From: Clostridia bacterium
GTDB lineage: Bacteria > Bacillota > Clostridia > Oscillospirales > QAMX01
Direction of reading: 5' to 3'
DNA: 64,000 bases
NCBI GenBank assembly: GCA_017441705.1
Contig: JAFRWU010000014.1
Span: 422 to 64,421, forward strand
Of the stretch, positions 33,635 to 43,238 are shown in pieces (the first letter of the stretch is position 1; every line of letters begins with the position of its first letter). The position numbers and the translations under genes are program-made. The notes below the pieces were generated by a model. That model did not search any database and was not told where the DNA came from. It was given only the letters and a program-made list of their open reading frames with translations.

Positions 33635-34713
33635 GAAGTATCATCGACGTTCTGGATCTCTCCGTGAAGGAGCTGGACGACCTGATCCGGCAGGCGGTGG
33701 ACATTTCGGAGCGCCCGCGGGATTTTGCCGACGCGGCGCGGGGGAAGAAGCTCGCCACCCTGTTTTTCGAGCCCTCCACCCGTACGCGTCTGAGCTTTGA
33801 GGCAGCCATGTATGAGCTGGGCGGCAATGTCCTCTCAGTGCCCGGCGCGGCGCTTTCCTCGGCGGCCAAGGGGGAAAGCGTATCAGACACGGCGAAGGTG
33901 CTTTCCTGCTACGCCGATATCGCCGCCATCCGCCATCCCCGGGAGGGGGCGGCTCTGGTGGCTTCCGAGGCCGCGTCGATCCCCGTGATCAACGCCGGGG
34001 ACGGCGGACACTGTCATCCCACCCAGACGCTTGCCGACCTTCTGACCGTACACCGGGAAAAGGGGAGACTCGACTCCCTGACCGTCGGCTTCTGCGGCGA
34101 CCTGAAATACGGACGGACGGTGCATTCCCTGATCAACGCCATGGCCCGCTATCCCGGGACGAAGTTCGTTCTGATCTCGCCCGAGGAGCTGAAGCTTCCC
34201 GCCTACGTCCGGGAAGGGACCATCCGGAAAAGCGGCCTGGCGTTTTGCGAGACCGCGTCGCTGGAGGAAGCGCTGCCCGGTCTGGACATCCTTTACATGA
34301 CCCGCATCCAGCGGGAACGGTTCGAGGAAGCCGAGGATTACGAAAGGCTGAAGAATTCCTATATCCTCACCGCCGAGAAGATGAAGCTCGCCGGGGAAAA
34401 CTGCTCGATCCTGCACCCGCTTCCGCGGGTCAACGAGATCAGCGTCAAGGTGGACGACGATCCCCGCGCCTGCTATTTCAAACAGGTGAAAAACGGCAAG
34501 CTGATGCGCATGGCGCTGATCCTGATGCTTCTCCGGGAGGCCGAAAGTCCGAAGGAGAAGCGCGAAATGGGTGAAGACACGGGGGACGTATGCCAGAACC
34601 TGCGCTGCATCACCACCACCGAGCAGGAGCTTCCCCAGCGCTTCACGATTGATCCCTTTACGCACCGGAAAAAGTGCGTCTGGTGCGAGGCGGAGACGAA
34701 ACCGCTTTTCTGA
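33631..34713 (+). CDS. pyrB: Aspartate carbamoyltransferase catalytic chain with C-terminal PyrI-type zinc-domain extension
   Basis: Contains FFEPSTRTRLSFE and HPLPR motifs. At 360 aa it is about 50 aa longer than typical PyrB. The tail VCQNLRC-x22-CVWCE matches the PyrI Cys4 pattern. Confidence 0.9.
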   Translation: MRSIIDVLDLSVKELDDLIRQAVDISERPRDFADAARGKKLATLFFEPSTRTRLSFEAAMYELGGNVLSVPGAALSSAAKGESVSDTAKVLSCYADIAAIRHPREGAALVASEAASIPVINAGDGGHCHPTQTLADLLTVHREKGRLDSLTVGFCGDLKYGRTVHSLINAMARYPGTKFVLISPEELKLPAYVREGTIRKSGLAFCETASLEEALPGLDILYMTRIQRERFEEAEDYERLKNSYILTAEKMKLAGENCSILHPLPRVNEISVKVDDDPRACYFKQVKNGKLMRMALILMLLREAESPKEKREMGEDTGDVCQNLRCITTTEQELPQRFTIDPFTHRKKCVWCEAETKPLF

Positions 34714-34722
34714 GCGTCAAAA

Positions 34723-34773
34723 CGGCAGAGCCCCCGGCACCGGGTCGCAAGACCGGCGCCGGGGGCTCTGCCG
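34723..34773. terminator. 21-bp hairpin between convergent pyrB and the serine hydrolase gene
   Basis: CGGCAGAGCCCCCGGCACCGG pairs with CCGGCGCCGGGGGCTCTGCCG with one mismatch. The U-tail is present only in the minus-strand sense. Confidence 0.7.
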
Positions 34774-34788
34774 CAGACCGTCCGAAGA

Positions 34789-35826
34789 TCAGGAGAGCAG
34801 GAGAGAAAAGAGTCCTTCCGAAAAGTCCTCGATCGCTTCGACGTTTGTGGAGACCAGGAAGACCGTGAGACCGTTTTTCAGGTTGATATAGTCGCAGGAA
34901 CGGTATATGTTGATGGTGCCGTAATGCCCGATGCCGTCGGGGAGATCCTGGCGCAGACCGAAGCCGTAGGAGTGTTCCTCGGGGGAATAGTCGGTGGTCA
35001 TCGCCCTCCAGCTTTCCTCCGAGAGGAGCTTCCCGCCGGCAAGAGCCTCAAGCCAGAGACGGATATCCTCCGCATTGGAAACCAGATCGCCCGCGCCCTT
35101 TGTGAGGCCCGGCTGCGTGTTCAGAAAATCAAAAACCGGATCCGGCGCAGCCTCCGCCTTCCGGAAGAAGGAGACGGGACCGCCGAAGGAACCCGTGTGC
35201 GTCATGCCGAGAGGAACAAAGAAGTTTTCGCGGAGGAAATCGAGATAGGCTTTTCCGGAGACCTGTTCCACGATATCGGCGAGCAGGAGATAGTTGGCGT
35301 TGCAGTACTGAAAGAAGGAACCGGGCGTGTAGGCAAGCGGATGGGAAAAGATCCATTCTTTTATGGCGGAGAGGTTTTCCTCCTCGGTGTTTTCCGTCGA
35401 TATGACGGCCACACCGTCCTCCGAAAGGTTCTCCGGGATCCCGGAGCGCATGGAGAGCAGATGCTTCAGCTGGACTCTGCTGCCTTCCGGATAGTCGGGA
35501 TAGAACCGGTCCAGCGTATCTGTGATCCGGAGCTTCCCCTGATCCTGCAGACGCAGGACGGCAGCAGCGCAGAACTGCTTTGAGATCGATCCCACCGGCA
35601 TCGGCGTATCGGAAGAGATCCTGCTCCCGTCGGGAAGACGGCCCCTGGCAAAGGAAACGAAACGCCTTCCGTCCCGGAAGGCGACGATCACGCCTTCAAA
35701 CCCCGCGGAGGAGGCGTACTTTTCAACGGCAGCCTGCGCTTTGACCTCTGCGTCCTGCGGCGTGCAGGAGGAAGTCCCCGAAAGCAGGAGCAAAGCCATG
35801 ACCGTGCAGAAGATCCTTTTCTTCAT
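34789..35826 (-). CDS. Serine hydrolase (beta-lactamase family) lipoprotein
   Basis: Start moved to ATG 35826 (RBS gaaggaggg). MKKRIFCTVMALLLLSGTSSC is a signal peptide plus lipobox-like Cys. Contains the VGSISKQF SxxK motif. Confidence 0.85.
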   Translation of the reverse strand: MKKRIFCTVMALLLLSGTSSCTPQDAEVKAQAAVEKYASSAGFEGVIVAFRDGRRFVSFARGRLPDGSRISSDTPMPVGSISKQFCAAAVLRLQDQGKLRITDTLDRFYPDYPEGSRVQLKHLLSMRSGIPENLSEDGVAVISTENTEEENLSAIKEWIFSHPLAYTPGSFFQYCNANYLLLADIVEQVSGKAYLDFLRENFFVPLGMTHTGSFGGPVSFFRKAEAAPDPVFDFLNTQPGLTKGAGDLVSNAEDIRLWLEALAGGKLLSEESWRAMTTDYSPEEHSYGFGLRQDLPDGIGHYGTINIYRSCDYINLKNGLTVFLVSTNVEAIEDFSEGLFSLLLS

Positions 35827-35958
35827 ATGAGGACGTCCCTCCTTCGTTTTCACGCAGCGTCCCGGGATCCTTTTCCCAAGCGCGCCCTTTCCGCCGGGAG
35901 CAGGCTGAAGACTGTCTCCCGGTAAACGCTGGGGAGCGGTCTTTTGCCTGTATGGGCG

Positions 35959-37167
35959 TCAGAGATGCAGGAAGAGGTTCTGGGTGTGCTGGGTCTCGCC
36001 GTTTTTGAGGAAAACGCGCGGCACGCGCTTCCCGATCAGACAGGTCAATTCGTAATTGATGGTGCCGCAGGTGGCGGCGGCGCGTTCCAGACTCTGTCCG
36101 CCCCTGCCGAAGACGATCACCTCGTCGCCCTCCTTCACGTCGTCGCGCCCGGTGACGTCCAGCATGCACATGTCCATGCAGATGCGTCCGAGGACCTTCG
36201 CCGGACGGCCGTTGACGGTCATTTCGCCGCCGGAGGCGTTTTTGCGGACGTATCCGTCGGCGTATCCGATGGAAACCACCGCGATCTTCACCGGGCCTTC
36301 CGCGCGGAATTCGCGGCCGTAGCTGATTTCGGAGCCCGCCGGCAGGACCTTCACCTGGGACACCGCGGTCTTCAGGGTCATGGCCGGGGTCAGCGAAAGC
36401 TTTTTCGCCATCGGGCTCCCTTCCCGGCTGTCGGGATAATAGCCGTACAGGATCACGCCTGGACGCACCGCGTCCAGGGAGAATCCGGGATAGTTGATGA
36501 TGGCTGCGCTGTTGGAGCAATGCCGGGTCCCCATGGGGACGCCGCCCGCTTCGGCCGCATCCACGGCGGCGGTGAAGAGATGAAACTGCCGTTCGGTGAA
36601 AAGGCGGTCGCCGCTCCCCGGTTCGACAGAGCCGTCTGCCGAGGAAAAGTGAGTGAATACTCCGGTGATCTGCAGGCCCGGAAGAGCCGCGATCTTCCGG
36701 ATCTCTTCGGTGGAGCGGGGAATATCTCCGTCGTCCCGCACCACGATCCCCAGCCGGGACATGCCGCTGTCGATCTTGATATGCACCGGGATGCGCACGC
36801 CGGCCCGGCAGGCGTTTTCGGAAAGCTTCCGGGCGTAAGCGCAGTCGGTCACGGCCTGGGTGATGCCGTTTTCGAAGAGCTCGAAAGCCAGATCCGGCGG
36901 CGTATAGCCGAGGATCAGGATGTCGCCCTTGACCTCGTCGACGCGCAGGACCCGCGCCTCGTCGATGTTGGAGACGGCGAAGGCGTTGACGCCGAGACGG
37001 TTGTAGAGGCGCGCAAGGGTGGACGCGCCGTGGCCGTAGGCGTCGGCCTTGATCACGGCGATGATCCGTTTGCCGCCCGCGGCGGCCCGGATGGCGAGAA
37101 GATTCTGTTCCACGGCGTCGAGGTCGATCTCCGCCCAGGTCCTTTTCAGATAATGCATGAGCCTCAT
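35959..37167 (-). CDS. alr: Alanine racemase
   Basis: Contains the AVIKADAYGHG PLP-lysine motif. The start is at ATG 37167 or 37158. The track start 37275 is rejected. Confidence 0.9.
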   Translation of the reverse strand: MRLMHYLKRTWAEIDLDAVEQNLLAIRAAAGGKRIIAVIKADAYGHGASTLARLYNRLGVNAFAVSNIDEARVLRVDEVKGDILILGYTPPDLAFELFENGITQAVTDCAYARKLSENACRAGVRIPVHIKIDSGMSRLGIVVRDDGDIPRSTEEIRKIAALPGLQITGVFTHFSSADGSVEPGSGDRLFTERQFHLFTAAVDAAEAGGVPMGTRHCSNSAAIINYPGFSLDAVRPGVILYGYYPDSREGSPMAKKLSLTPAMTLKTAVSQVKVLPAGSEISYGREFRAEGPVKIAVVSIGYADGYVRKNASGGEMTVNGRPAKVLGRICMDMCMLDVTGRDDVKEGDEVIVFGRGGQSLERAAATCGTINYELTCLIGKRVPRVFLKNGETQHTQNLFLHL

Positions 37168-37180
37168 AGCCTTTCTTCGG

Positions 37181-37738
37181 TTATAGAGAGGGGGAAAACG
37201 CGGCAGAGGCGATCTCCTTTCCCTCGTGAAGCACCGCGACGGAGTCGACGGCGCCTCCGTCCCGGCGGAATACAAAACGGTAGGTCACGGCGTCCTCCCC
37301 GTCGTACCGGGTGAAGTCCGCGATCAGCTCTTTTCCGCGGAAAAAGCTTTCGGTAAGGACCCCGTCCCGGAGAGCCTCCAGCGCGCCGGGGATCAGGGTC
37401 AGAGGGGATCCCTCCATCCCCTCCGGGATTTCGGTTGAAAACAGGATCCCGTCGTACGTCAGAGAAAGATCCTTTCCCTCCACCCGGGCGGAAAGCCCTG
37501 AAAGAGCCTCGGGCTCGAGAAGGGCGAGATCGGTATGCGCCTCCTCGGCCAGCACCGCAAGACGGTAGAGGGCCAGGTCTTCGCCGAGAGAGACCGAAAG
37601 GGAAGCCTCAAAGCGAAGAGGGAAACGGGCGAGAACGCCTTCACGGAAGGCTTCCGCCGCGCCCCGCGCGTTTTCGCCGCAGGCGGGAAAAGAGAAGAAT
37701 ACAAGCGCGAAGAGAAGGGGAAGAACGCGTTTTCTCAA
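37181..37738 (-). CDS. Small lipoprotein (YdcC/LolA-like position between nnr and alr)
   Basis: A TTG start at 37738 overlaps the nnr stop (TTGA). LRKRVLPLLFALVFFSFPAC is a signal peptide plus lipobox. The function is inferred only from synteny with the B. subtilis ydcC-alr arrangement. Confidence 0.5.
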   Translation of the reverse strand: MRKRVLPLLFALVFFSFPACGENARGAAEAFREGVLARFPLRFEASLSVSLGEDLALYRLAVLAEEAHTDLALLEPEALSGLSARVEGKDLSLTYDGILFSTEIPEGMEGSPLTLIPGALEALRDGVLTESFFRGKELIADFTRYDGEDAVTYRFVFRRDGGAVDSVAVLHEGKEIASAAFSPSL

Positions 37739-39291
37739 AGAGAGGTTCCTTTCCCGGCGCTCTGCGCCGCCTCTCCCAGGGTGTCGATCACGTTTTCCGG
37801 GGTCATGCCGGTCTCGCCGATGCGGTCGCGGCAGAGATCTCCCGCCCGCCCGTTGAGCCATACGCCGAGGGCGGCGGCCTCAAAGGCGTTCATCCGGGCC
37901 GCGAGCCCTGCGACGGTGCCGGCCAGAACGTCGCCGGAACCGCCCCGCGCCATGCCGGGGTTGCCGGTGGTGTTCAGAGCGATGCGGCCGTCCGGGGCGG
38001 CGGTCACGGTGCGGTGCCCCTTCAGGACCACCACGGCGCCGGAGGCGCGGGCGATCCGGGAGGCAAGAGCGAGGGGGCTTTCGCCCTCCTCCGCCGGGTC
38101 GCCTCCGAAGATCCGGGCAAGCTCCCCGCGGTGCGGAGTCAGGATCACGTTTTCATGGAGAGGTTCGTCCTCAAACATGATATGCGCGTCCCCGGCCCCT
38201 CTATGACCGGCGGTGAGGAAATTCAGCATGCCGGCGTCCAGCACCAGCTTTTTTCCGCTTTTGAGCAGCATGCCGAGCAGCCGTTTGGCCCCCGGTCCGG
38301 GGATCAGGCCGCTGCCGGCCGCAAAGGAATCGGCGTCTCTTATGATTTTCAGAAGCCGGGGATCGGAAAGGGCCGGATAGGCGATCGATCCGTCGGGATA
38401 ATCCGCGAGAGGGAAAGTGATGGCGGAATGCTCGGCGGCGGCCGCCGTGGGATAGACCGCGCGCGGCACGCAGGCCCAGACAAGACCCGCCCCGCTTTTG
38501 ACGGCGGCGCGGGCGGCGAGGCTTGCCGCGCCGGAATAGGCGAGACCGCCCGCAAAAAGCACCGCTTTGCCGTAATGCCCTTTGTGGGTATCGTCGGCTC
38601 TCCGCGGAAGGAGGGCCGATGCGTTCTCCCTTTCAAAAGCGATGGGGTAAGGACCGCAGGAGGAAATAATGTCCTCCGGAATGCCGACGTCGGCCACGGT
38701 CACGTCTCCCGCCAGATCGTGGGCAAGAAAATGGGCGGGCTTCGGCAGGGTAAACGCAACGGTACGGCTTGCTCTGACCGCGCATCCGAGGATCCTTCCG
38801 CTGTCGGCCTCGACGCCCGAGGGAAGATCGGCGGCGATCACAGGCCGGCCGGAGCGGTTCATCGTTTCGACGGCCGACGCGTACGGCCCCTCCACCGGCC
38901 GGGAAAGACCGGTGCCGAACAGGGCGTCCACCAGAAGACCGGCCTTTTCCGCCGTTTCTCCGGAGAGGAAGGAGACGATGCGGCCGCCGGCGGACGCATA
39001 GAAAGACGCGGCGTATTCCGCCGCATGATTCCGCGCCTCGCCGCCGGGCGCGACGCAGAGGGTTTCGTATCCCGCTTTTTTCAGGGCGAGAGCCGCCCGG
39101 TAACCGTCGGCGCCGTTTTTGCCGGGACCGCAGAAGAGGATCACGTCCCGGCGGACGACCTTCTGCGCCTCCTCGGACACCGCTTTGGCAAGAAGGCCGC
39201 CGGCCCGCTCGATCAGATCGTAGCCGGGGCGTCTTTCCGCCTCGGCCCGGGCGTCGACGGCTTCGATCTGTTTCCGGAAGGCGATCCTCAC
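37735..39291 (-). CDS. nnr: Bifunctional NAD(P)H-hydrate repair enzyme (epimerase / ADP-dependent dehydratase)
   Basis: 518 aa. The N-terminal YjeF_N region has CGPGKNGADG. The C-terminal carbohydrate-kinase-like domain has HKGHYGK and GNPGMARGGSGDVLAG. Confidence 0.9.
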   Translation of the reverse strand: MRIAFRKQIEAVDARAEAERRPGYDLIERAGGLLAKAVSEEAQKVVRRDVILFCGPGKNGADGYRAALALKKAGYETLCVAPGGEARNHAAEYAASFYASAGGRIVSFLSGETAEKAGLLVDALFGTGLSRPVEGPYASAVETMNRSGRPVIAADLPSGVEADSGRILGCAVRASRTVAFTLPKPAHFLAHDLAGDVTVADVGIPEDIISSCGPYPIAFERENASALLPRRADDTHKGHYGKAVLFAGGLAYSGAASLAARAAVKSGAGLVWACVPRAVYPTAAAAEHSAITFPLADYPDGSIAYPALSDPRLLKIIRDADSFAAGSGLIPGPGAKRLLGMLLKSGKKLVLDAGMLNFLTAGHRGAGDAHIMFEDEPLHENVILTPHRGELARIFGGDPAEEGESPLALASRIARASGAVVVLKGHRTVTAAPDGRIALNTTGNPGMARGGSGDVLAGTVAGLAARMNAFEAAALGVWLNGRAGDLCRDRIGETGMTPENVIDTLGEAAQSAGKGTSL

Positions 39292-39836
39292 AGCATGTCA
39301 CCGCTTTCCAGCGCTTCCTCCAGATACTCCATCCCCTTGATCCTGCGCGGGGCGTAGAGATAGATGTTGCGCACCATTTTCACGGTGGGTTCGAAGACCA
39401 CCGTGACCTTGCCGTCCTTGTGATCGTTGAAAACGATGAACCAGCGTCCCGGCGCCCGGGCGTTGGAGGCGAGATCCACCGTCTTGTTTGCCTTTACCGC
39501 GTAGAAATCGTCCTTGAAATCCACGGTCATGGGCGCCATCAGCTCGATGGTGCGCACGTCGAGGGAATAGAGCTGCTTCCTCCTGCGCTTGCCCGTGATC
39601 TTGTCGAAATCCAGCTGATCGTTGGTGAGGACGTATTCGTATTCCACGTACCGGCCGCGAAGCAGGAGCGGCACGAGAACCAGCACCGCCAGGATCGGGA
39701 ACACCGCGAACACACCCAGATACATCAGGCTGAGGATCACCACGTTGACTCCGGTAAAAACGAGAAGGATATCGAAAAACCACCGGCCCGGCGTGATATC
39801 CTTTTTGATCATGATCTCGTTGAAAATATCGTTCAT
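39288..39836 (-). CDS. Conserved-looking membrane protein (2 TM helices plus soluble C-terminal domain), unknown function
   Basis: 182 aa. Its stop overlaps the nnr start (ATGA). The N-terminus is MNDIFNEIMIKKDIT, followed by two hydrophobic helices. Confidence 0.7.
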   Translation of the reverse strand: MNDIFNEIMIKKDITPGRWFFDILLVFTGVNVVILSLMYLGVFAVFPILAVLVLVPLLLRGRYVEYEYVLTNDQLDFDKITGKRRRKQLYSLDVRTIELMAPMTVDFKDDFYAVKANKTVDLASNARAPGRWFIVFNDHKDGKVTVVFEPTVKMVRNIYLYAPRRIKGMEYLEEALESGDML

Positions 39837-39974
39837 AAAGCCACCTCGGCGTACGTTTTCTCACGGTTCCGGATCGCCGGGCGCCCGTTTTCGCCCGCTC
39901 CGGTCCCGCTTTCAGTATAGCACCGAAATCCGCCGGACGCAAGAGGTTCTTCGGCTCCGGCCGCCTTTTCGAAA

Positions 39975-40003
39975 TTGACTTTTCCGCCGCCGCGTGGTAA
40001 AAT
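39975..40003 (+). promoter_or_regulatory. Sigma-A-type promoter candidate (extended -10) for the MATE gene
   Basis: TTGACT (39975-39980), a 17-nt spacer, then TGgTAAAAT (-10 hexamer 39998-40003). Confidence 0.6.
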
Positions 40004-40044
40004 CAATACGTTATGCCGCTTTGTTTCCCAAGGAGGACCCCGCT

Positions 40045-41430
40045 ATGCGCAAATACATCGGCGATAAGGCGTTCTATTCCATGCTCTTCGCCGTTCTCAT
40101 CCCCATCGTGATCCAGTCGAGCATTTCCAATTTCGTCAATCTTCTGGACAATCTCATGGTGGGATCGGTGGGGACCGAGGAGATGTCCGGCGTGGCTATC
40201 GCCAATCAGCTCCTGATGATCTTCAATATCTGTATTTTCGGCGGCCTTTCGGGGGCGGGGATCTTCACGTCGCAGTTTTTCGGATCGAAAAACGATTCCG
40301 GCGTGCGCGAGACCTTCCGCATCAAGCTCTTTATCGGCGCCTTCGTGCTGCTCGGCTTCACGGCGGTGTTCCTGCTTTTCCCGCGGCAGCTCATCGCGCT
40401 TTACCTCACCGACGGAGAAGGAGCGGGCGATCTGGAGAAGACGCTGGAGCACAGCCTCGCCTATCTCCGGATCATGCTGGTCGGCAACCTGCCCTTCGTG
40501 ATCACCAACGTCTACGCCGGCACGGTGCGCGAGTGCGGCAAGACCGTGCTCCCCATGAAGGCGGGGGTCGCGGCGGTCCTGACGAACCTGGTCTTCAACT
40601 ATCTGCTGATTTTCGGACACTTCGGCTTTCCTCGCCTCGGCGTGGAGGGCGCGGCCCTGGCCACGGTGATCTCCAGATTCGTGGAAACAGCCATCGTGGT
40701 GATCACGATCCATGTGAAAAAGAGGGAATACGGCTTTCTTCAAGGCGTGTACAGGACCCTTCGCGTGCGGTTCAGCCTTCTGAAAAACGTCATGATCAAG
40801 GGCCTGCCGCTTCTGGCGAACGAATTCCTCTGGTCGCTGGGGGTGGCGGCGGCGCTGCAGGCCTATTCCGCCAGAGGGCTGGCGGTGGTGGCCGCCCTGA
40901 ACATCTCCGGCACCGTTTCGAACACCTTCAACGTGGTCTGCATGTCCATGGGCAGCGCCGTGGCCATTATCGTGGGCCAGGCGCTGGGCGCCGGCGAGAC
41001 CGACGAGGCGCGGGACCGCGCGCGCAAGCTGATCGCCTTCAACGTGGCGATGGGCCTCCTTTTCGGGGGGATCATGTTCGTGGCCGCGCCATATATTCCC
41101 CTTCTGTACAACACGACGGAAACGGTCAGGGATTTCGCCGGCAGTTTCATCCGGATCTCGGCCGTGACGATGCCGGTTTTCGCGTTCCTCCACACCTGCT
41201 ATTTCACCCTGCGTTCGGGAGGCAAGACGATCATCACCTTCATTTTCGACTCCGGCTTCATGTGGGTGGTGACGATCCCGCTCGCCTACTGTCTGGTCAG
41301 TTTCACGGCGCTGCCCATCCTGCCGCTCTATCTCATCTGCCAGCTTGCCGATCTCATCAAATGCGTCATGGGATACGCGATGCTGAAAAAGGGCGCATGG
41401 ATCCACAATATGGCCGCTGAAAACGCATAG
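40045..41430 (+). CDS. MATE family efflux transporter
   Basis: Start moved to ATG 40045 (RBS aggagg). 461 aa with 12 TM segments. The N-terminal IPIVIQSSISNFVNLLDNLMVG is typical of MATE. Confidence 0.9.
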   Translation: MRKYIGDKAFYSMLFAVLIPIVIQSSISNFVNLLDNLMVGSVGTEEMSGVAIANQLLMIFNICIFGGLSGAGIFTSQFFGSKNDSGVRETFRIKLFIGAFVLLGFTAVFLLFPRQLIALYLTDGEGAGDLEKTLEHSLAYLRIMLVGNLPFVITNVYAGTVRECGKTVLPMKAGVAAVLTNLVFNYLLIFGHFGFPRLGVEGAALATVISRFVETAIVVITIHVKKREYGFLQGVYRTLRVRFSLLKNVMIKGLPLLANEFLWSLGVAAALQAYSARGLAVVAALNISGTVSNTFNVVCMSMGSAVAIIVGQALGAGETDEARDRARKLIAFNVAMGLLFGGIMFVAAPYIPLLYNTTETVRDFAGSFIRISAVTMPVFAFLHTCYFTLRSGGKTIITFIFDSGFMWVVTIPLAYCLVSFTALPILPLYLICQLADLIKCVMGYAMLKKGAWIHNMAAENA

Positions 41431-41524
41431 TTTCGGGAAAGCGTCCGACAGACCGCCGCCGCAAGGCGCTCCGGGAAACGCGGCATGCCGGCGATTATCC
41501 GGGTAACAAAAGGAGGGAAAGCCC

Positions 41525-42241
41525 GTGACAAAAGAAGAAATGGCATCCGGCTTCCGGACGGGATATGCCGGGTTCCGGGAGATCCTAGCGTGTGACGATC
41601 TTGAGACGATACGCAAAACAGCCCTGTCCGTCCATGCGCAGGTCCATCCGGCGGAGGTTTCGGGCGGGAAAGAAAAGACCGCCGCCGATCTGGCCTTCGC
41701 GCAGATGACGGCCGGACGGCGGAACGAGATCGTTCCCCGGCAGATCTGGGATACGGATCTGCATTACGCCGGAAACGACAGAGTCCCCACACCCTGGCTC
41801 TTCTGGCACACCAGCCGGATCGAGGATCTGGTGAGCAATATCCTGATGACCGACGGGAAGCAGATCTTCGACGAGCGATGGAAAAAGGACATCGGGAGTT
41901 CGATCACCGACACCGGGAACGCGCTGACGCTTGCGGAAGCGGAGGCCTTCTGCGGAAAACTCGACCTGGATGCTCTTTACGCCTACATGATCGAAGTGGG
42001 GAAAAACGCGAGGAAGATCATGGCGGGTCTTTCCCTGGAAGACCTGCGGTCGATGGTCCGCGAGGAGACTGTCATGCGGATCCTGGAGGAAGGCGGCGTG
42101 ACCGTTGATTTCCGCTCGGTATGGCTTCTGGTGTTCTGGGGCAGGCTGACGCGCGCGGAGATGATCCTGACGCCCCTGACCTTTCATCATCTGATGCATT
42201 TCCCCGTTCTTCTCGACCGTTTTCCGGAGATCCGGATATAA
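41525..42241 (+). CDS. Hypothetical protein, possibly DinB-like helical bundle
   Basis: 238 aa with a GTG start after aaaggaggg. WLFWHTSRIEDL and the C-terminal HHLMH loosely resemble DinB-family His motifs. This assignment is weak. Confidence 0.4.
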   Translation: MTKEEMASGFRTGYAGFREILACDDLETIRKTALSVHAQVHPAEVSGGKEKTAADLAFAQMTAGRRNEIVPRQIWDTDLHYAGNDRVPTPWLFWHTSRIEDLVSNILMTDGKQIFDERWKKDIGSSITDTGNALTLAEAEAFCGKLDLDALYAYMIEVGKNARKIMAGLSLEDLRSMVREETVMRILEEGGVTVDFRSVWLLVFWGRLTRAEMILTPLTFHHLMHFPVLLDRFPEIRI

Positions 42242-42244
42242 ACC

Positions 42245-42284
42245 AAAGGCTGCCGCGGAACGATCCGTCCTGCGGCAGCCTTTT
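42245..42284. terminator. Bidirectional terminator
   Basis: AAAGGCTGCCGC (42245-42256) pairs with GCGGCAGCCTTT (42272-42283), with flanking A- and T-runs. Confidence 0.8.
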
Positions 42285-42297
42285 ATCGATACCGGTC

Positions 42298-43173
42298 TCA
42301 GAGTTTTCTCCGGATGAAATCGGCGGCAAGAGCCATCAGCTCGTCGGTCCAGAAGGAGCCCTCGTGCGGGGCGCCTTCCACCACGATCATCTCGGCATCG
42401 TGGCCGCCTGCCAGAAGAGCCTCGTACATCTGCTCGCTCTGGGAAAGAAGGACGGCGGCGTCCTTGTCGCCGTGCATCAGAAGGATGGGCGGAAGGTCCT
42501 TTTTCCCGGGGAGAAGGAAAATGGGACTGATTTCCTTCATGCGGTCGGAATACGGATCGCGGGAACCGGTCAGGTAATAGAAGACGCTGTCCTCCGGAAG
42601 CTCGGTCATGCCGGGCGTGCGCCAGGTGGCCTGGCAGGTCATGTCCGAGGGACCGAAACAGTCGAGGACGCACTTCACCGCGTCGGATTCCTCCGGATAC
42701 TCGGTCTTGTAGCGCGGATCGTCGCCGGTGAGCGCCACCAGAAGCGCGGTGTTCCCGCCGGAGGAGGTGCCCCAGAAGGCCACGCGGGATTTGTCGATCC
42801 CGTATTCGTCGGCGTGGGCGCGCAGATACCGGATCGCGCACTTGGTGTCGATCAGGAAGGCGGGGAAATCCTTGCCCGGGACGCTGTCGCGGCAGTTGCG
42901 GTGGGTGATCATGGCCACGGCGTACCCGTTTTTCGCGAAGAGGGACATCTGCGGGATCTGGTAATAGATGCACGGCGCGGTCCAGCCGCTGCCCTGCAGA
43001 AAGACGATCAGGGGATATTTGTCGCGGACTTTCGATCCCTCCACGGGTTTGGGAAGGATCAGGGACATTTTGATCTCTTCGCCGCCGGCGCGGGAAAAGA
43101 TCACGTCGTGCGTGATCTCCGCAAAGCCCTTCTGGGTGGGATTGTTCGGGATGTGAATGACTTCCTTCGGCAT
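42298..43173 (-). CDS. Alpha/beta hydrolase (esterase/lipase type)
   Basis: Start moved to ATG 43173 (RBS aaaggag). Contains the FWGTSSGGN nucleophile elbow (GxSxG) and HGDKD near the C-terminus. 291 aa. Confidence 0.85.
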   Translation of the reverse strand: MPKEVIHIPNNPTQKGFAEITHDVIFSRAGGEEIKMSLILPKPVEGSKVRDKYPLIVFLQGSGWTAPCIYYQIPQMSLFAKNGYAVAMITHRNCRDSVPGKDFPAFLIDTKCAIRYLRAHADEYGIDKSRVAFWGTSSGGNTALLVALTGDDPRYKTEYPEESDAVKCVLDCFGPSDMTCQATWRTPGMTELPEDSVFYYLTGSRDPYSDRMKEISPIFLLPGKKDLPPILLMHGDKDAAVLLSQSEQMYEALLAGGHDAEMIVVEGAPHEGSFWTDELMALAADFIRRKL

Positions 43174-43192
43174 GAAAATGCTCCTTTCTTTG

Positions 43193-43225
43193 AAAAAAAC
43201 AGGGCCGAAGGAACCCCTTCGGCCC
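43193..43225 (-). terminator. Intrinsic terminator of the sugar-phosphate isomerase gene
   Basis: GGGCCGAAGG (43202-43211) pairs with CCTTCGGCCC (43216-43225), followed by a T-run in the minus-strand sense. Confidence 0.8.
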
Positions 43226-43238
43226 CATATCGTGTCGC

